Part shown: piece by piece, positions 18,389 through 27,035 of the stretch
Layout: every line of letters begins with the position of its first letter
Numbering within the stretch: the stretch's first letter is position 1
NCBI GenBank assembly: GCA_964479005.1
Contig: CAYZJA010000002.1
Span: 1-64,000 of the forward strand
DNA from: an uncultured Candidatus Saccharibacteria bacterium
GTDB lineage: Bacteria; Patescibacteriota; Minisyncoccia; UBA6257
Length of the DNA stretch: 64,000 bases
Direction of reading: 5' to 3'
Position numbers and translations under genes: made by a program
The notes under the pieces: model-generated
Told to the model about the DNA's origin: nothing
Seen by the model: only the letters and a program-made list of their open reading frames with translations
The model's database searches: none

Positions 18389-19471
18389 TTATAAGCTTTG
18401 GGAATCATCTGTGATTCCTCTTTTTTTCTTCTTTTTCAAAAGAAAATAGGCAACTATTCCAAGTATTACAATCAAAGCAATTATACCCAGAATTAATGCC
18501 CAATTTGGACCTTCTTTTTCAACTCCATCACCAGGTACTCTTCCATCTACGCCATCAGGTACTGCTCCATCTACGCCATAATAAGGTAAACCTTCTTCAT
18601 CGTATTCTTCTTCGTCTTCATCAACTATCACTCCTTCTGTTGTAATATTCAAAGTATAATCAACAATGCTATCACTGTAATACTTGCTACAAAGAACACC
18701 AATAAAGAAATTCCCACTTTTTTCAATTGGTATAGAGCTTGTCACAATCGCACTTGGGTTTGGTGCTTCTACACTTTTTAGTCTTTTTCTATCACTATCA
18801 TACATATCTATTTTCATTTTAACATCAACTCCTGGCGTGACTTTGGCAGTTAAAGTCTCTCCTTTCTTTAAAGCTATCTTGTAGAGATCCGTGGTATCCG
18901 TACCTAATTCTCCGGAAAGATAACCTTTGTATTCTCCTGGATTAATCTTTATTGCTTTCTCAAACTTACCGCTATCCCCAGCATCTATCTGAGTCCCAGC
19001 ATCATAATAATCAGTCAACAATATGTCCAAGGAGAGCAACTCTATTGCGTGCCAGGTACATTCTCTCTTTATATAATACTTGTGCAAATCTTTATCTGAA
19101 CCCGGTAGCCAGGAAAATGAAAATAATGTCTGTTCTCCCTTATCCAGACCCTCACCCTCTTTAGCTAATTGTTTTCTATCTTCATTATACAAAATTAGTT
19201 CCTCCTCGCCCCAAGAATCAGAAAAAGCCTTGAATGTGCCTTCCAGTTTAAGCTCTTGCCCCTGTTTTACATTAATATAAAAGTATTCTTTTACACCTTT
19301 CTCTATCAAACCAACCCCTTCATAACTTCCCTGCTTTATTTCAACTGCAGTATCAAAACCATCTCCGCCTTTTGGCAATGCTTCTTGAGCATTAACAATA
19401 CCTATTACTCCAATTAGAAGAATTCCAAAAACGACAGCTATCGTTAAATTTTTAGCATTAAATTTTACCAT
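18389..19471 (-). CDS. Membrane-anchored surface protein with two PPC-like (pre-peptidase C-terminal) domains
   Basis: Signal peptide; two ~100-aa repeats with the G.sFdtA..i..G.Y.G pattern; C-terminal TM plus KKKKK anchor. Confidence 0.45.
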   Translation of the reverse strand: MVKFNAKNLTIAVVFGILLIGVIGIVNAQEALPKGGDGFDTAVEIKQGSYEGVGLIEKGVKEYFYINVKQGQELKLEGTFKAFSDSWGEEELILYNEDRKQLAKEGEGLDKGEQTLFSFSWLPGSDKDLHKYYIKRECTWHAIELLSLDILLTDYYDAGTQIDAGDSGKFEKAIKINPGEYKGYLSGELGTDTTDLYKIALKKGETLTAKVTPGVDVKMKIDMYDSDRKRLKSVEAPNPSAIVTSSIPIEKSGNFFIGVLCSKYYSDSIVDYTLNITTEGVIVDEDEEEYDEEGLPYYGVDGAVPDGVDGRVPGDGVEKEGPNWALILGIIALIVILGIVAYFLLKKKKKRGITDDSQSL

Positions 19472-19507
19472 ATTATTTTTAATTTTATTGTTAATATTTT
19501 TCGACCC

Positions 19508-20164
19508 TTATAAAGCAAATGGTATATCCATTATTTGAACGCTTGCTGGTAATTCGAATATACTATCAGGAATAGTGCTCAGGTCTATATGCTTTAGCTC
19601 CACTATTAAGGTACCATCATCTGTTGTTGATTCAGTTTTAATAGGCAGCCCGTACTTTGTCCATGTCCACATTTTTACCTCTTCTGTTTCAGTAGTGTAT
19701 TTGATGACTAAACAGTTCTTTCCATCTAGAGTTTCAGTGCCAAGAGTTTCTGGGTTATATTGCATAACAAACTCGGATTGTTCAGTTGGGGATTCCCCAA
19801 CACTTTCCTGGACCTCACCTAAATCTATTTTCATAGCCGTGTTTTCTGCTGGAAAATACATATATGCTAACTGGTTATCTACATCCATCAAATAGATTAT
19901 ACTTTGCCCTTCAAAACTTCCTTCCATTCTCATCTTATTTCCTTTTCTCCACATTTTTACTGTTTCTGCTGTTTCTCCGGGAACAGTTGTAATCATATCA
20001 TACTTTAAAGAACTTACATCTTTTGCCTTTCCAAAAATTTCAGTTAACGACAGAGCTGGTTCTTCATCTGGCGCAGCCGCTTTTTTCCCTCCAAGTAAAG
20101 CCCAAGCCCCAAATCCAACCAATAATATCAGTACTATAATAATTATTGTATCTCTTGTTTTCAT
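19508..20164 (-). CDS. Secreted or membrane LolA-like / DUF4412-like hypothetical protein
   Basis: N-terminal TM helix; beta-rich domain with MWRKGNKMRMEG motif. Confidence 0.35.
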   Translation of the reverse strand: MKTRDTIIIIVLILLVGFGAWALLGGKKAAAPDEEPALSLTEIFGKAKDVSSLKYDMITTVPGETAETVKMWRKGNKMRMEGSFEGQSIIYLMDVDNQLAYMYFPAENTAMKIDLGEVQESVGESPTEQSEFVMQYNPETLGTETLDGKNCLVIKYTTETEEVKMWTWTKYGLPIKTESTTDDGTLIVELKHIDLSTIPDSIFELPASVQIMDIPFAL

Positions 20165-20299
20165 ATTATAAATTAAAACAAATTAATATTTAATAAGAAC
20201 ACTCGACCTTTTTAATTATACCATCTTTAAAAATCTAGGGCTATTCTTTCTAGTCCTAATTATTTATTATTTTACCCCCTCGATAAACTCAGGGCAAAC

Positions 20300-20325
20300 A
20301 AAAAATCGCCTCTTTGGCGATTTTG
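20300..20325. terminator. Bidirectional terminator hairpin (near-identical copy at 49185)
   Basis: AAAATCGCC-tctt-GGCGATTTT. Confidence 0.55.
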
Positions 20326-20344
20326 ACATATCTCGATGGAGACT

Positions 20345-20851
20345 TTATAAAACAATTTTTCGTAAAACATCTGCTGCTATTCTACAATCCTCCAAGGCAT
20401 CGTGTAGCCCCCTTGGCTTTGCTCCAAATTCTTTGAAGATTTCTTCTGAGCGCATGCTGCCGCTATATCCCTGTTTTATTAGATAAATATATGCAGCTGG
20501 CCAAATATCAAGAATATGATAATCATACAGTTTAGGATCAATCCCAGCTGCCACAATTATCTTCTCAAAATTTTTAATATCTGATTTTGCAACCCATGAT
20601 CCAATAATTATATCTGTGCCAAATTTTTCAAAAACCATTTGCCCAACTTCAGCTTGGGTGGGCGCGCCTTTCAAGGTCTCTTGAGATATGCCTGAAATAA
20701 TTTTAATTTTATCTTTTAGGTCAGCAAAAATATATGTTGAAAAACTATCTTTCTCATTTAAAGTTTCTTTATCTAAAAGCACGGCTCCAATCTGAACCGG
20801 GTTTTTCAAACCCTCAAAATCAATTATTAAAATATCTTTTTTAAATTTCAT
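20345..20851 (-). CDS. DEDDh 3'-5' exonuclease (DnaQ/epsilon-like)
   Basis: DFEG near the N-terminus and HDALEDC near the C-terminus. Confidence 0.8.
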   Translation of the reverse strand: MKFKKDILIIDFEGLKNPVQIGAVLLDKETLNEKDSFSTYIFADLKDKIKIISGISQETLKGAPTQAEVGQMVFEKFGTDIIIGSWVAKSDIKNFEKIIVAAGIDPKLYDYHILDIWPAAYIYLIKQGYSGSMRSEEIFKEFGAKPRGLHDALEDCRIAADVLRKIVL

Positions 20852-20895
20852 TAGTATTTTATATCATTCTCAGTCCCTCGATAAAAAAACTAGAC

Positions 20896-20968
20896 GGCTG
20901 CGGGACAGGGATTCGAACCCCGATATACAGATCCAAAATCTGTTGTCCTACCATTAGACGATCCCGCA
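20896..20968 (-). tRNA. tRNA-Gln (UUG)
   Basis: Manual fold: acceptor TGCGGGA/TCCCGCA, anticodon loop TTTTGGA, T-arm GGTTCGAATCC. Confidence 0.85.
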
Positions 20969-20972
20969 ATAT

Positions 20973-21881
20973 TTAAACTTTAAGATATTTATTCATTGCC
21001 CAGAAACTGGATACTATTCCTAGGAATATGCCAAATAGTGTTTGGTATAGGAGAATATACCAGAAATGCGACCAGAAATACAAACTCATGCTTATTTCAG
21101 CAATAAAAGATTCTACTCTAGGGCTACCCCACATAACAAGAGGAATTAAGATTAAAATCGCAACAAAAGAGGCGATTATACCCTGAAGCGCTCCTTCTAA
21201 GAGAAACGGGCCACGAATAAACCAATTAGAAGCACCAACTAATTTCATTATTTCAATTTCGCCTTTTAGAGAATAAATTGCCATGCGAATCGTGTTAAAA
21301 CTAATAAGAAGACTCAAAAACGCCGCAATAAGAATAACTAAAATGGAACCTAATTTTATTCCTACTGATAAAGCGTTAATCCTCTCAATCACTCTCTGGT
21401 TTTCCATTAAATCTACTGTGATTAATTTATCTTTAAAAACTGAATTGTCAATTTCATCAATAATTTCTGTATAATATTTTGTATCTTTGGCTTTGATATT
21501 TAGAGAAGCGGCTAAAGGATTTTCCCCTAATTCTTCCAATGCTCTTCTAATAGCCGGGTTTCTGCTGCTTTTTTCTTCAAAAATTTTTAATGCTTCATCC
21601 TGGGATATATATTCAATTTTAGCAATTTTTTCATTGCCTATAAGATCATCGCGGATTCTTAAAATATCTTCTTCTGGAACATCTCTTTTAAAATAAATGC
21701 TAATATCCATCTTTTCTTTCAAAATATTGATAAGGTTATTGCTAGCATTATTAAATATTAAAATCGAACTTAAAATAATCAAACTTATAGTCAGCATTGT
21801 TATACAAGTAAAAGAAAGCCAATTATTTCTAACCAACCCTTGCCAAGCTGTGCGAAAAACTCTTTTTATTACAACAAACAT
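20973..21881 (-). CDS. ftsX: Cell division permease FtsX
   Basis: N-terminal TM, periplasmic domain, three C-terminal TM helices; adjacent to ftsE. Confidence 0.85.
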   Translation of the reverse strand: MFVVIKRVFRTAWQGLVRNNWLSFTCITMLTISLIILSSILIFNNASNNLINILKEKMDISIYFKRDVPEEDILRIRDDLIGNEKIAKIEYISQDEALKIFEEKSSRNPAIRRALEELGENPLAASLNIKAKDTKYYTEIIDEIDNSVFKDKLITVDLMENQRVIERINALSVGIKLGSILVILIAAFLSLLISFNTIRMAIYSLKGEIEIMKLVGASNWFIRGPFLLEGALQGIIASFVAILILIPLVMWGSPRVESFIAEISMSLYFWSHFWYILLYQTLFGIFLGIVSSFWAMNKYLKV

Positions 21882-21893
21882 GTGATTAAATTG

Positions 21894-22577
21894 TTAAATT
21901 AAATATTTTCCTTCTTCTTCATCGCGAATAATCTTCCCTTTATCCAAACTAATAACTCTTTGTCCTAAAGTATTTATTACCTCTTTGTCATGAGTAGCTA
22001 AAATTATAGCTGTGCCAAGTTCATTGATCTTCATTAAAAGCTTTATAATCTCCCATGTATTAATTGGGTCTAAATCCCCTGTAGGCTCATCAGCTAATAT
22101 TATCTCTGGTCTTTGAGCCAAAACGCGGCATATAACCACCCTTTGTTTTTCTCCAGCAGAAAGTTGATGTGGAAAATTATTCGCTTTTCCCTCTAGACTT
22201 ACTAGTTTTAATAATTCAGGAGCGTCTTTTTTTATTGCTTGCTCAGAATAACCAGCCACTTCCATGGCAAAAGCCACATTTTCATAAGCTGTCCTATTGG
22301 CTAATAATCTGAAATCCTGAAATACCATCCCAATCTTGCGTCTAAGAAGAGTTACTTCCCCGGGTTTAAATTTATTAATATCCTTATCGTCAAAAAAAAT
22401 CCTTCCTTTGGTTGGAGGCTCTTCTTTTATCAACATTTTTAAAATTGTCGTTTTTCCTACTCCTGACCTTCCTACTAAAGAAACAAATTCTCCTGATTTT
22501 ACTTCAAAAGTAACATTATCCAAAATTAGAGAACCGTTATAAGCCTTGGAAACATTTTTAAAATAAACTAATGGCAT
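21894..22577 (-). CDS. ftsE: Cell division ATP-binding protein FtsE
   Basis: Walker A GRSGVGKTT and ABC signature LSAGEKQR. Confidence 0.9.
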   Translation of the reverse strand: MPLVYFKNVSKAYNGSLILDNVTFEVKSGEFVSLVGRSGVGKTTILKMLIKEEPPTKGRIFFDDKDINKFKPGEVTLLRRKIGMVFQDFRLLANRTAYENVAFAMEVAGYSEQAIKKDAPELLKLVSLEGKANNFPHQLSAGEKQRVVICRVLAQRPEIILADEPTGDLDPINTWEIIKLLMKINELGTAIILATHDKEVINTLGQRVISLDKGKIIRDEEEGKYLI

Positions 22578-22579
22578 AA

Positions 22580-23332
22580 CTAAGAATTTAAAATTTTATC
22601 TAAATTTCCATCTAATACTTCATCAACATTGCCTATCTTTTTACCAGTACGATGGTTTTTTACTAATTTATATGGATGAAGGACATAGGAACGGATCTGA
22701 TTACCCCATTCAATTTTTATTTTTTCGCCCTTTAATTCTTTCAAAGTTTTTACTTTCTGTTTCTCGGCTAATTGATGAAGTTTAGCCCTTAAAACAGTCA
22801 GAGCTTTTTCTTTATTCTTAAACTGCGATCTTCCCTCCTGACAGCCAACAACTATCCCAGTAGGCTTATGGCGTACCCTTACGGCTGTTTCCACTTTTTG
22901 AACATTTTGCCCGCCTGGACCTGAAGAACGAAAAGTTTCAATTTCTAAATCACTTTCTTCTAATGGAAGTTCTTTCGCCTCAATAATCGGCAAAACCTCC
23001 ACCAAAGCAAAAGATGTGTGGCGAAGTTTAGCAGAAGAAAAAGGAGAAATTCTTACTAAACGATGCACACCATTCTCATTTTTTAAAATTCTATAAACAT
23101 CATCTCCATTTATCTCTACAACAGCATTCTTAATGCCGCCATATTCATTTTCTCTCTTGTCTAATAATGAAAATCTCCAATTTTTTCTCTCTGAATATTT
23201 CTGATACATCTTTAAAAGCATCAATGCCCAATCTTCGGCATCTTGACCACCAGCGCCAGCATATACAGAAAGTGTTATATTATTTCCTCTAGGCATCTTG
23301 AGAATTTTACCAAATTTAGGCCTAAAAAACAA
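22580..23332 (-). CDS. prfB: Peptide chain release factor 2 lacking N-terminal domain 1
   Basis: SPF (RISPFSS) and GGQ (SGPGGQNVQKVETAVR) motifs; aligns to RF2 domains 2-4 from AGAGGQDAEDW onward. Track start is a TTG; likely ATG at 23296. Only 23 nt separate it from the pcm stop. Confidence 0.85.
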   Translation of the reverse strand: MFFRPKFGKILKMPRGNNITLSVYAGAGGQDAEDWALMLLKMYQKYSERKNWRFSLLDKRENEYGGIKNAVVEINGDDVYRILKNENGVHRLVRISPFSSAKLRHTSFALVEVLPIIEAKELPLEESDLEIETFRSSGPGGQNVQKVETAVRVRHKPTGIVVGCQEGRSQFKNKEKALTVLRAKLHQLAEKQKVKTLKELKGEKIKIEWGNQIRSYVLHPYKLVKNHRTGKKIGNVDEVLDGNLDKILNS

Positions 23333-23355
23333 CTTATAAAAATAAATTTTATTCT

Positions 23356-23994
23356 TTATTCTTTATCAGTAATCAAAGGAACAAAGGTAAATCCTTGAAA
23401 ACGCTTTACATCAAATTCATTTTCCGCTTTTTTTATCCAAAGTTGTACTTCTCCATCAAGAGGAGTAACTATTCTTCCACCTGTTTTTAATTGTTTTCGC
23501 CATGCTTGAGGAATTTCTTCTACTGTAGCTGAACAAAGAATTTTGTCAAAAGAAGCTTTTTTTTCATAACCTTTAGAGCCGTCAGCACAAATAAATTCTA
23601 CTACGCCTTTTTCTATAAAACTGTATTTTGCTACGTTGCTTTCTCCAAATTCTTTTAATTTAGGTATCCTTTCTATAGCAATCACTTTTCCTTCAGGATT
23701 TTGACTTACAATGTGAGCTAAAAGAGCAGTTGTCCATCCAGAGCCAGAACCGATATCCAAAATCTTTTCTCCTGCTTGCGGTTGAAGAAGCTCTAATATA
23801 AAAGCCACTGTAAGAGGCTGAGAAATTGTTTGCCCAAAACCAATAGGTAGAGGAATATTTGAATAAGTTTCGTCCCGATACTCTGAAACTACAAAATTCT
23901 TTCTATCAATAGCTAAAAACGCCTCTATAATATGAGAGGATTTTAAATAACCTGAATTAATAATTCCCTGAATAAGATTTTCTTTATCTGACAT
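23356..23994 (-). CDS. pcm: Protein-L-isoaspartate O-methyltransferase
   Basis: SAM-binding ILDIGSGSGW and TISQP motif. Confidence 0.9.
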   Translation of the reverse strand: MSDKENLIQGIINSGYLKSSHIIEAFLAIDRKNFVVSEYRDETYSNIPLPIGFGQTISQPLTVAFILELLQPQAGEKILDIGSGSGWTTALLAHIVSQNPEGKVIAIERIPKLKEFGESNVAKYSFIEKGVVEFICADGSKGYEKKASFDKILCSATVEEIPQAWRKQLKTGGRIVTPLDGEVQLWIKKAENEFDVKRFQGFTFVPLITDKE

Positions 23995-24055
23995 TATTAA
24001 TAATTTTTATAAGTTTTACTAATTATATCATAAAAAATTCTTTAAAATCAGAAAT

Positions 24056-24090
24056 AAAAAACCCTCTACTACTTAAAGCAAAGGGTTTTT
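24056..24090. terminator. Bidirectional terminator
   Basis: AAAAACCCT ... AGGGTTTTT. Confidence 0.55.
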
Positions 24091-24104
24091 CTAAACTTAT
24101 TAAG

Positions 24105-24656
24105 CTATGATGACGAAGAAAGGCGACCTAAAAATCTATACCATCGTATTGGGAGATAGAAAACAATTGCTTCCCTAATTCGATAAAGTGTTTTCCAAAA
24201 ATCAGGAGACACTATAATAGTATTATATTCTACATTAAATTTATGTTTATCTTTTTGAAACATAATCGAAAAATCCCTCTTAATGCGACGTATATTTATA
24301 TCTGAGCTAACCACTACAATATTTTTAATCTTTGGATTAGCCTTCAAATATATCTGAATTTCCTCCCAATACCTAAAAACCATCTCGCTTACTGTTATCA
24401 AATGATTTTTTTCTGAAATTAAAGGCCATGTTCTAACCAAAGCATTTGGAGAACAAATTAGCAAATCACCAATATTCATATTTTCTCTCATTTCAAACCA
24501 AAATTTATGATTAGGAACCAGCAGGCCCTTTTGGTTATAAGGAAATACCACATGTATTGTATCGGCTTTAGCATCAATCACCTTCCTTAAATTTCTTTCA
24601 AAGATTTTGTCATAACAAACAGGATTACATTTCTTATACCCTCCATCCCATTTCAT
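24105..24656 (-). CDS. Hypothetical protein (possibly DUF218/YdcF-like)
   Basis: IVVVSSDINIRRI weakly resembles the DUF218 motif; otherwise unassigned. Confidence 0.35.
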   Translation of the reverse strand: MKWDGGYKKCNPVCYDKIFERNLRKVIDAKADTIHVVFPYNQKGLLVPNHKFWFEMRENMNIGDLLICSPNALVRTWPLISEKNHLITVSEMVFRYWEEIQIYLKANPKIKNIVVVSSDINIRRIKRDFSIMFQKDKHKFNVEYNTIIVSPDFWKTLYRIREAIVFYLPIRWYRFLGRLSSSS

Positions 24657-24693
24657 TCAAATCACTTCCTTTTTTTCTATTTTTTTATTTTTC

Positions 24694-24710
24694 AAGGTTC
24701 TACGAACCTT
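24694..24710. promoter_or_regulatory. Perfect inverted repeat AAGGTTC-tac-GAACCTT upstream of the 24105..24656 gene
   Basis: Palindromic version of the AGGTTCT motif seen in the dispersed element family. Confidence 0.3.
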
Positions 24711-24718
24711 AATTAACT

Positions 24719-24746
24719 TAAAATGTCCTATTATTAGGACATTTTA
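24719..24746. terminator. Bidirectional terminator
   Basis: AAAATGTCCTA-ttat-TAGGACATTTT, 10-bp stem. Confidence 0.55.
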
Positions 24747-24785
24747 ATCATACCATAATATAATATATCAGTCAATAGAAATAAT

Positions 24786-25178
24786 TTACATTGGGAGCAA
24801 TCCTGTGCATCTCCAATTTATTTCTGCTGTTTTTGTTTCTACATTAATTACACAAGCGGGATTACAACCTTCTTTCTCAATATCCAAATCTATCCACCAA
24901 GTTCCAGTAATTTCATTGCATATATAAGTATCTTTAAGTTTATCACTACATTGGCCCTGAATAGCAATCTCTTTAGCTTCTGATAAACTGAGTTTTATAT
25001 CAGTTCCTTTTTTCTGACAAAATTCTTCAGAAGAAATTGTTGTCGTAGTTAATCCAATCGTCGTTGTAGTAACAGAAGGAATATTTATTGTTATAATTCC
25101 TTTTCTCATTAAATAACCACCAATAACCAATAATGCTAATATTATAAAGAAGATTGAAGCTGATCCTTTTTTATTCAT
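24786..25178 (-). CDS. Small secreted Cys-rich protein with Thr-run linker
   Basis: N-terminal TM/signal, TTTTIGLTTTT linker, 6 Cys. Confidence 0.45.
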   Translation of the reverse strand: MNKKGSASIFFIILALLVIGGYLMRKGIITINIPSVTTTTIGLTTTTISSEEFCQKKGTDIKLSLSEAKEIAIQGQCSDKLKDTYICNEITGTWWIDLDIEKEGCNPACVINVETKTAEINWRCTGLLPM

Positions 25179-25203
25179 ATTTTTATATATATTTTAATTA
25201 AGG

Positions 25204-25276
25204 CAGGGGCGGCAGGGCTTGAACCTGCGACCTGCGGTTTTGGAGACCGCCGCTCTCCCAACTGAGCTACGCCCCT
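25204..25276 (-). tRNA. tRNA-Trp (CCA)
   Basis: Manual fold: acceptor AGGGGCG/CGCCCCT, anticodon loop CTCCAAA. Confidence 0.9.
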
Positions 25277-25374
25277 ATAACAAATATCTAATTAATTTTT
25301 AAAAAAAGCGAGGGGATGTTGTTGAGAAAAACTATAGCGATTAGCGTGTTTTTGAAACAATATCCCGAGCTTAG

Positions 25375-25533
25375 TTATTTCTTCATTTCCTTATGAAGCG
25401 TGTGTTTTCTGCACCAAGAACAATATTTTTTTAATTCTAATTTACGCTCAACGGTTTTTTTGTTTCTGCGCGTATAATAATTAATATGTTTGCACTCTGT
25501 ACATTGTAATCTTACAATAAATTCTTTTTTCAT
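25375..25533 (-). CDS. rpmG: Ribosomal protein L33
   Basis: Own translation [52 protein letters not shown] (52 aa; C-x2-C...C-x2-C). Below the ORF-track size cutoff. Confidence 0.85.
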   Translation of the reverse strand: MKKEFIVRLQCTECKHINYYTRRNKKTVERKLELKKYCSWCRKHTLHKEMKK

Positions 25534-25595
25534 AACTAGTATTTATCTCTTGTTAATTGATATTTGTTAATTGTTAGTCGATGTTAGTCGATTTG

Positions 25596-25667
25596 AGCCG
25601 ATGGAGGGAATTGAACCCACGACCCCTTTCTTACCAAGAAAGTGCTCTACCACTGAGCTACATCGGC
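25596..25667 (-). tRNA. tRNA-Thr (GGU)
   Basis: Acceptor GCCGATG/CATCGGC, anticodon loop TTGGTAA. Confidence 0.9.
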
Positions 25668-25675
25668 TGTATTTG

Positions 25676-25758
25676 TGGGCGCGGTAGGACTCGAACCTAC
25701 GTAGGCCTCAGGCCGCGAGATTTACAGTCTCGTGCAATTGCCGCTATGCGACGCGCCC
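25676..25758 (-). tRNA. tRNA-Tyr (GUA), class II with long variable arm
   Basis: Acceptor GGGCGCG/CGCGCCC, anticodon loop CTGTAAA, variable arm GGCCTGAGGCC. Confidence 0.9.
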
Positions 25759-25764
25759 ATAATG

Positions 25765-25836
25765 AGCCGAGGAGAGGACTTGAACCCCCAACCTATGGTT
25801 TACAAAACCATTGCTCTACCATTGAGCTACCTCGGC
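25765..25836 (-). tRNA. tRNA-Thr (UGU)
   Basis: Acceptor GCCGAGG/CCTCGGC, anticodon loop TTTGTAA. Confidence 0.9.
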
Positions 25837-26456
25837 TTTTTTTCATACAATTCTACTAATAAACCCTGAACTACATTATCTTCTTTATCTATCCTATAAG
25901 CCTGAAGTAAAGTCCAACGAGCAGAAGAAAAATCTTCCTGCCAGAGATAAATACGAGCCAGATTTTTAAAAATGGCAATATCATCTGGGTCATTTTCAAG
26001 TCTTTTCAATAATTTCTTCTCTTCTTGTTTTATATCTAAAATATCTGAAAAATCCGTATCATTTTCTATTAATTTTTCTTCCTCAAAAGATTTAATAATG
26101 CCATTCTCTCCATTTCTCGCATCATCATTGTTTTTCCTTTTTCTAATGCTTGCTAAATTTTTAAAAATTGTTCTATCAATTCTTAAAATTATTATTCGTG
26201 AACGAACTAAAGATTTTTCTATAAAAAGAAAAAACTGATTACCGACTTTTTGATAATTCTCTTTATTAAAAATCCCGCGAAACCTTTCTGAAAATTTTTC
26301 TTTTCCTTTTATTATTTCCCCCTCTTCTGCTTCTTCTATAATTTTTTCGTCTTTTTGGCCTTTAAATACAAAAATTAAACCAACTATACCTAAAATAATC
26401 AAAAGGGGCGGAAAGATATTAAACATATTAAATTTTGAAACGAATAAAACGACCAA
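25827..26456 (-). CDS. Hypothetical membrane protein with TPR-like C-terminus
   Basis: TM helix near the N-terminus (true start probably the internal MFNIF...); 3' end overlaps tRNA-Thr by about 10 nt. Confidence 0.45.
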   Translation of the reverse strand: MVVLFVSKFNMFNIFPPLLIILGIVGLIFVFKGQKDEKIIEEAEEGEIIKGKEKFSERFRGIFNKENYQKVGNQFFLFIEKSLVRSRIIILRIDRTIFKNLASIRKRKNNDDARNGENGIIKSFEEEKLIENDTDFSDILDIKQEEKKLLKRLENDPDDIAIFKNLARIYLWQEDFSSARWTLLQAYRIDKEDNVVQGLLVELYEKKPR

Positions 26457-27012
26457 CTTCTATATTCTCGCCAAATTTGGCAACAGCTTCCTGAATTAAT
26501 TGATCAATGTTTTTAGTTTCGTCTTTAATAAAAATCTGTTTATTTAAGCAAATTTGTTGAAATTCCTTTTCAAACTTGCCATCAATTATCTTTTTTATAA
26601 TTTCCGGCGGTTTGTTGCTTTTTTTAAATTCTTCCATATACTCTTTTTTCTTTTCTTTAATTATTCTTTCAGGAATTTCTTTGGAAGAAATGTATTGTGG
26701 ATTTAAAGCTGCTATGTGCATTGCTAAATCATAAGCCAGTTTTTTGAAATCAGGATTATTAGCCACAAAACTAGTTTCGCAACGCAATTCTACTAAAGCG
26801 CCTAATTGATTATTTGAATGGATGTATACTTCTATCATCCCGGATTTTGTGTCATTATCCTGCTTTTTCTCAGCTCGTAATTGCCCCTTTTTCTTTAATA
26901 TTGCATTTGCTTTAGAAATATCCCCCTTTGCTTCTTCCAGGGCTTTTTTACACTCCATTACAGGGGCAAAAGTTTGTTTTCTTAATTTTTGAACATCATC
27001 AATTGGTACCAT
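26428..27012 (-). CDS. tsf: Elongation factor Ts
   Basis: N-terminal UBA-like KLRKQT..PVMECKKAL plus dimerisation core. Confidence 0.9.
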   Translation of the reverse strand: MVPIDDVQKLRKQTFAPVMECKKALEEAKGDISKANAILKKKGQLRAEKKQDNDTKSGMIEVYIHSNNQLGALVELRCETSFVANNPDFKKLAYDLAMHIAALNPQYISSKEIPERIIKEKKKEYMEEFKKSNKPPEIIKKIIDGKFEKEFQQICLNKQIFIKDETKNIDQLIQEAVAKFGENIEVGRFIRFKI

Positions 27013-27035
27013 TGTTATCTGTTAATTGTTAGTTG

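Noticed and set aside
18389-18420. Hairpin GGAATCA/TGATTCC with a T-run suggesting a plus-strand terminator
   Set aside because: It lies inside the 3' coding end of the minus-strand gene (the T-run is the KKKKK codons) and no plus-strand gene lies upstream.
22580-23400. Programmed +1 frameshift upstream of prfB
   Set aside because: Only 23 nt lie between the pcm stop (23356) and the prfB ORF, and the upstream sequence in all frames is occupied by pcm. There is no CUU-UGA-C window and no room for an N-terminal ORF0.
25581-25859. 92-aa plus-strand ORF
   Set aside because: It lies entirely over three minus-strand tRNA genes (Thr-Tyr-Thr) and is a translation artefact.
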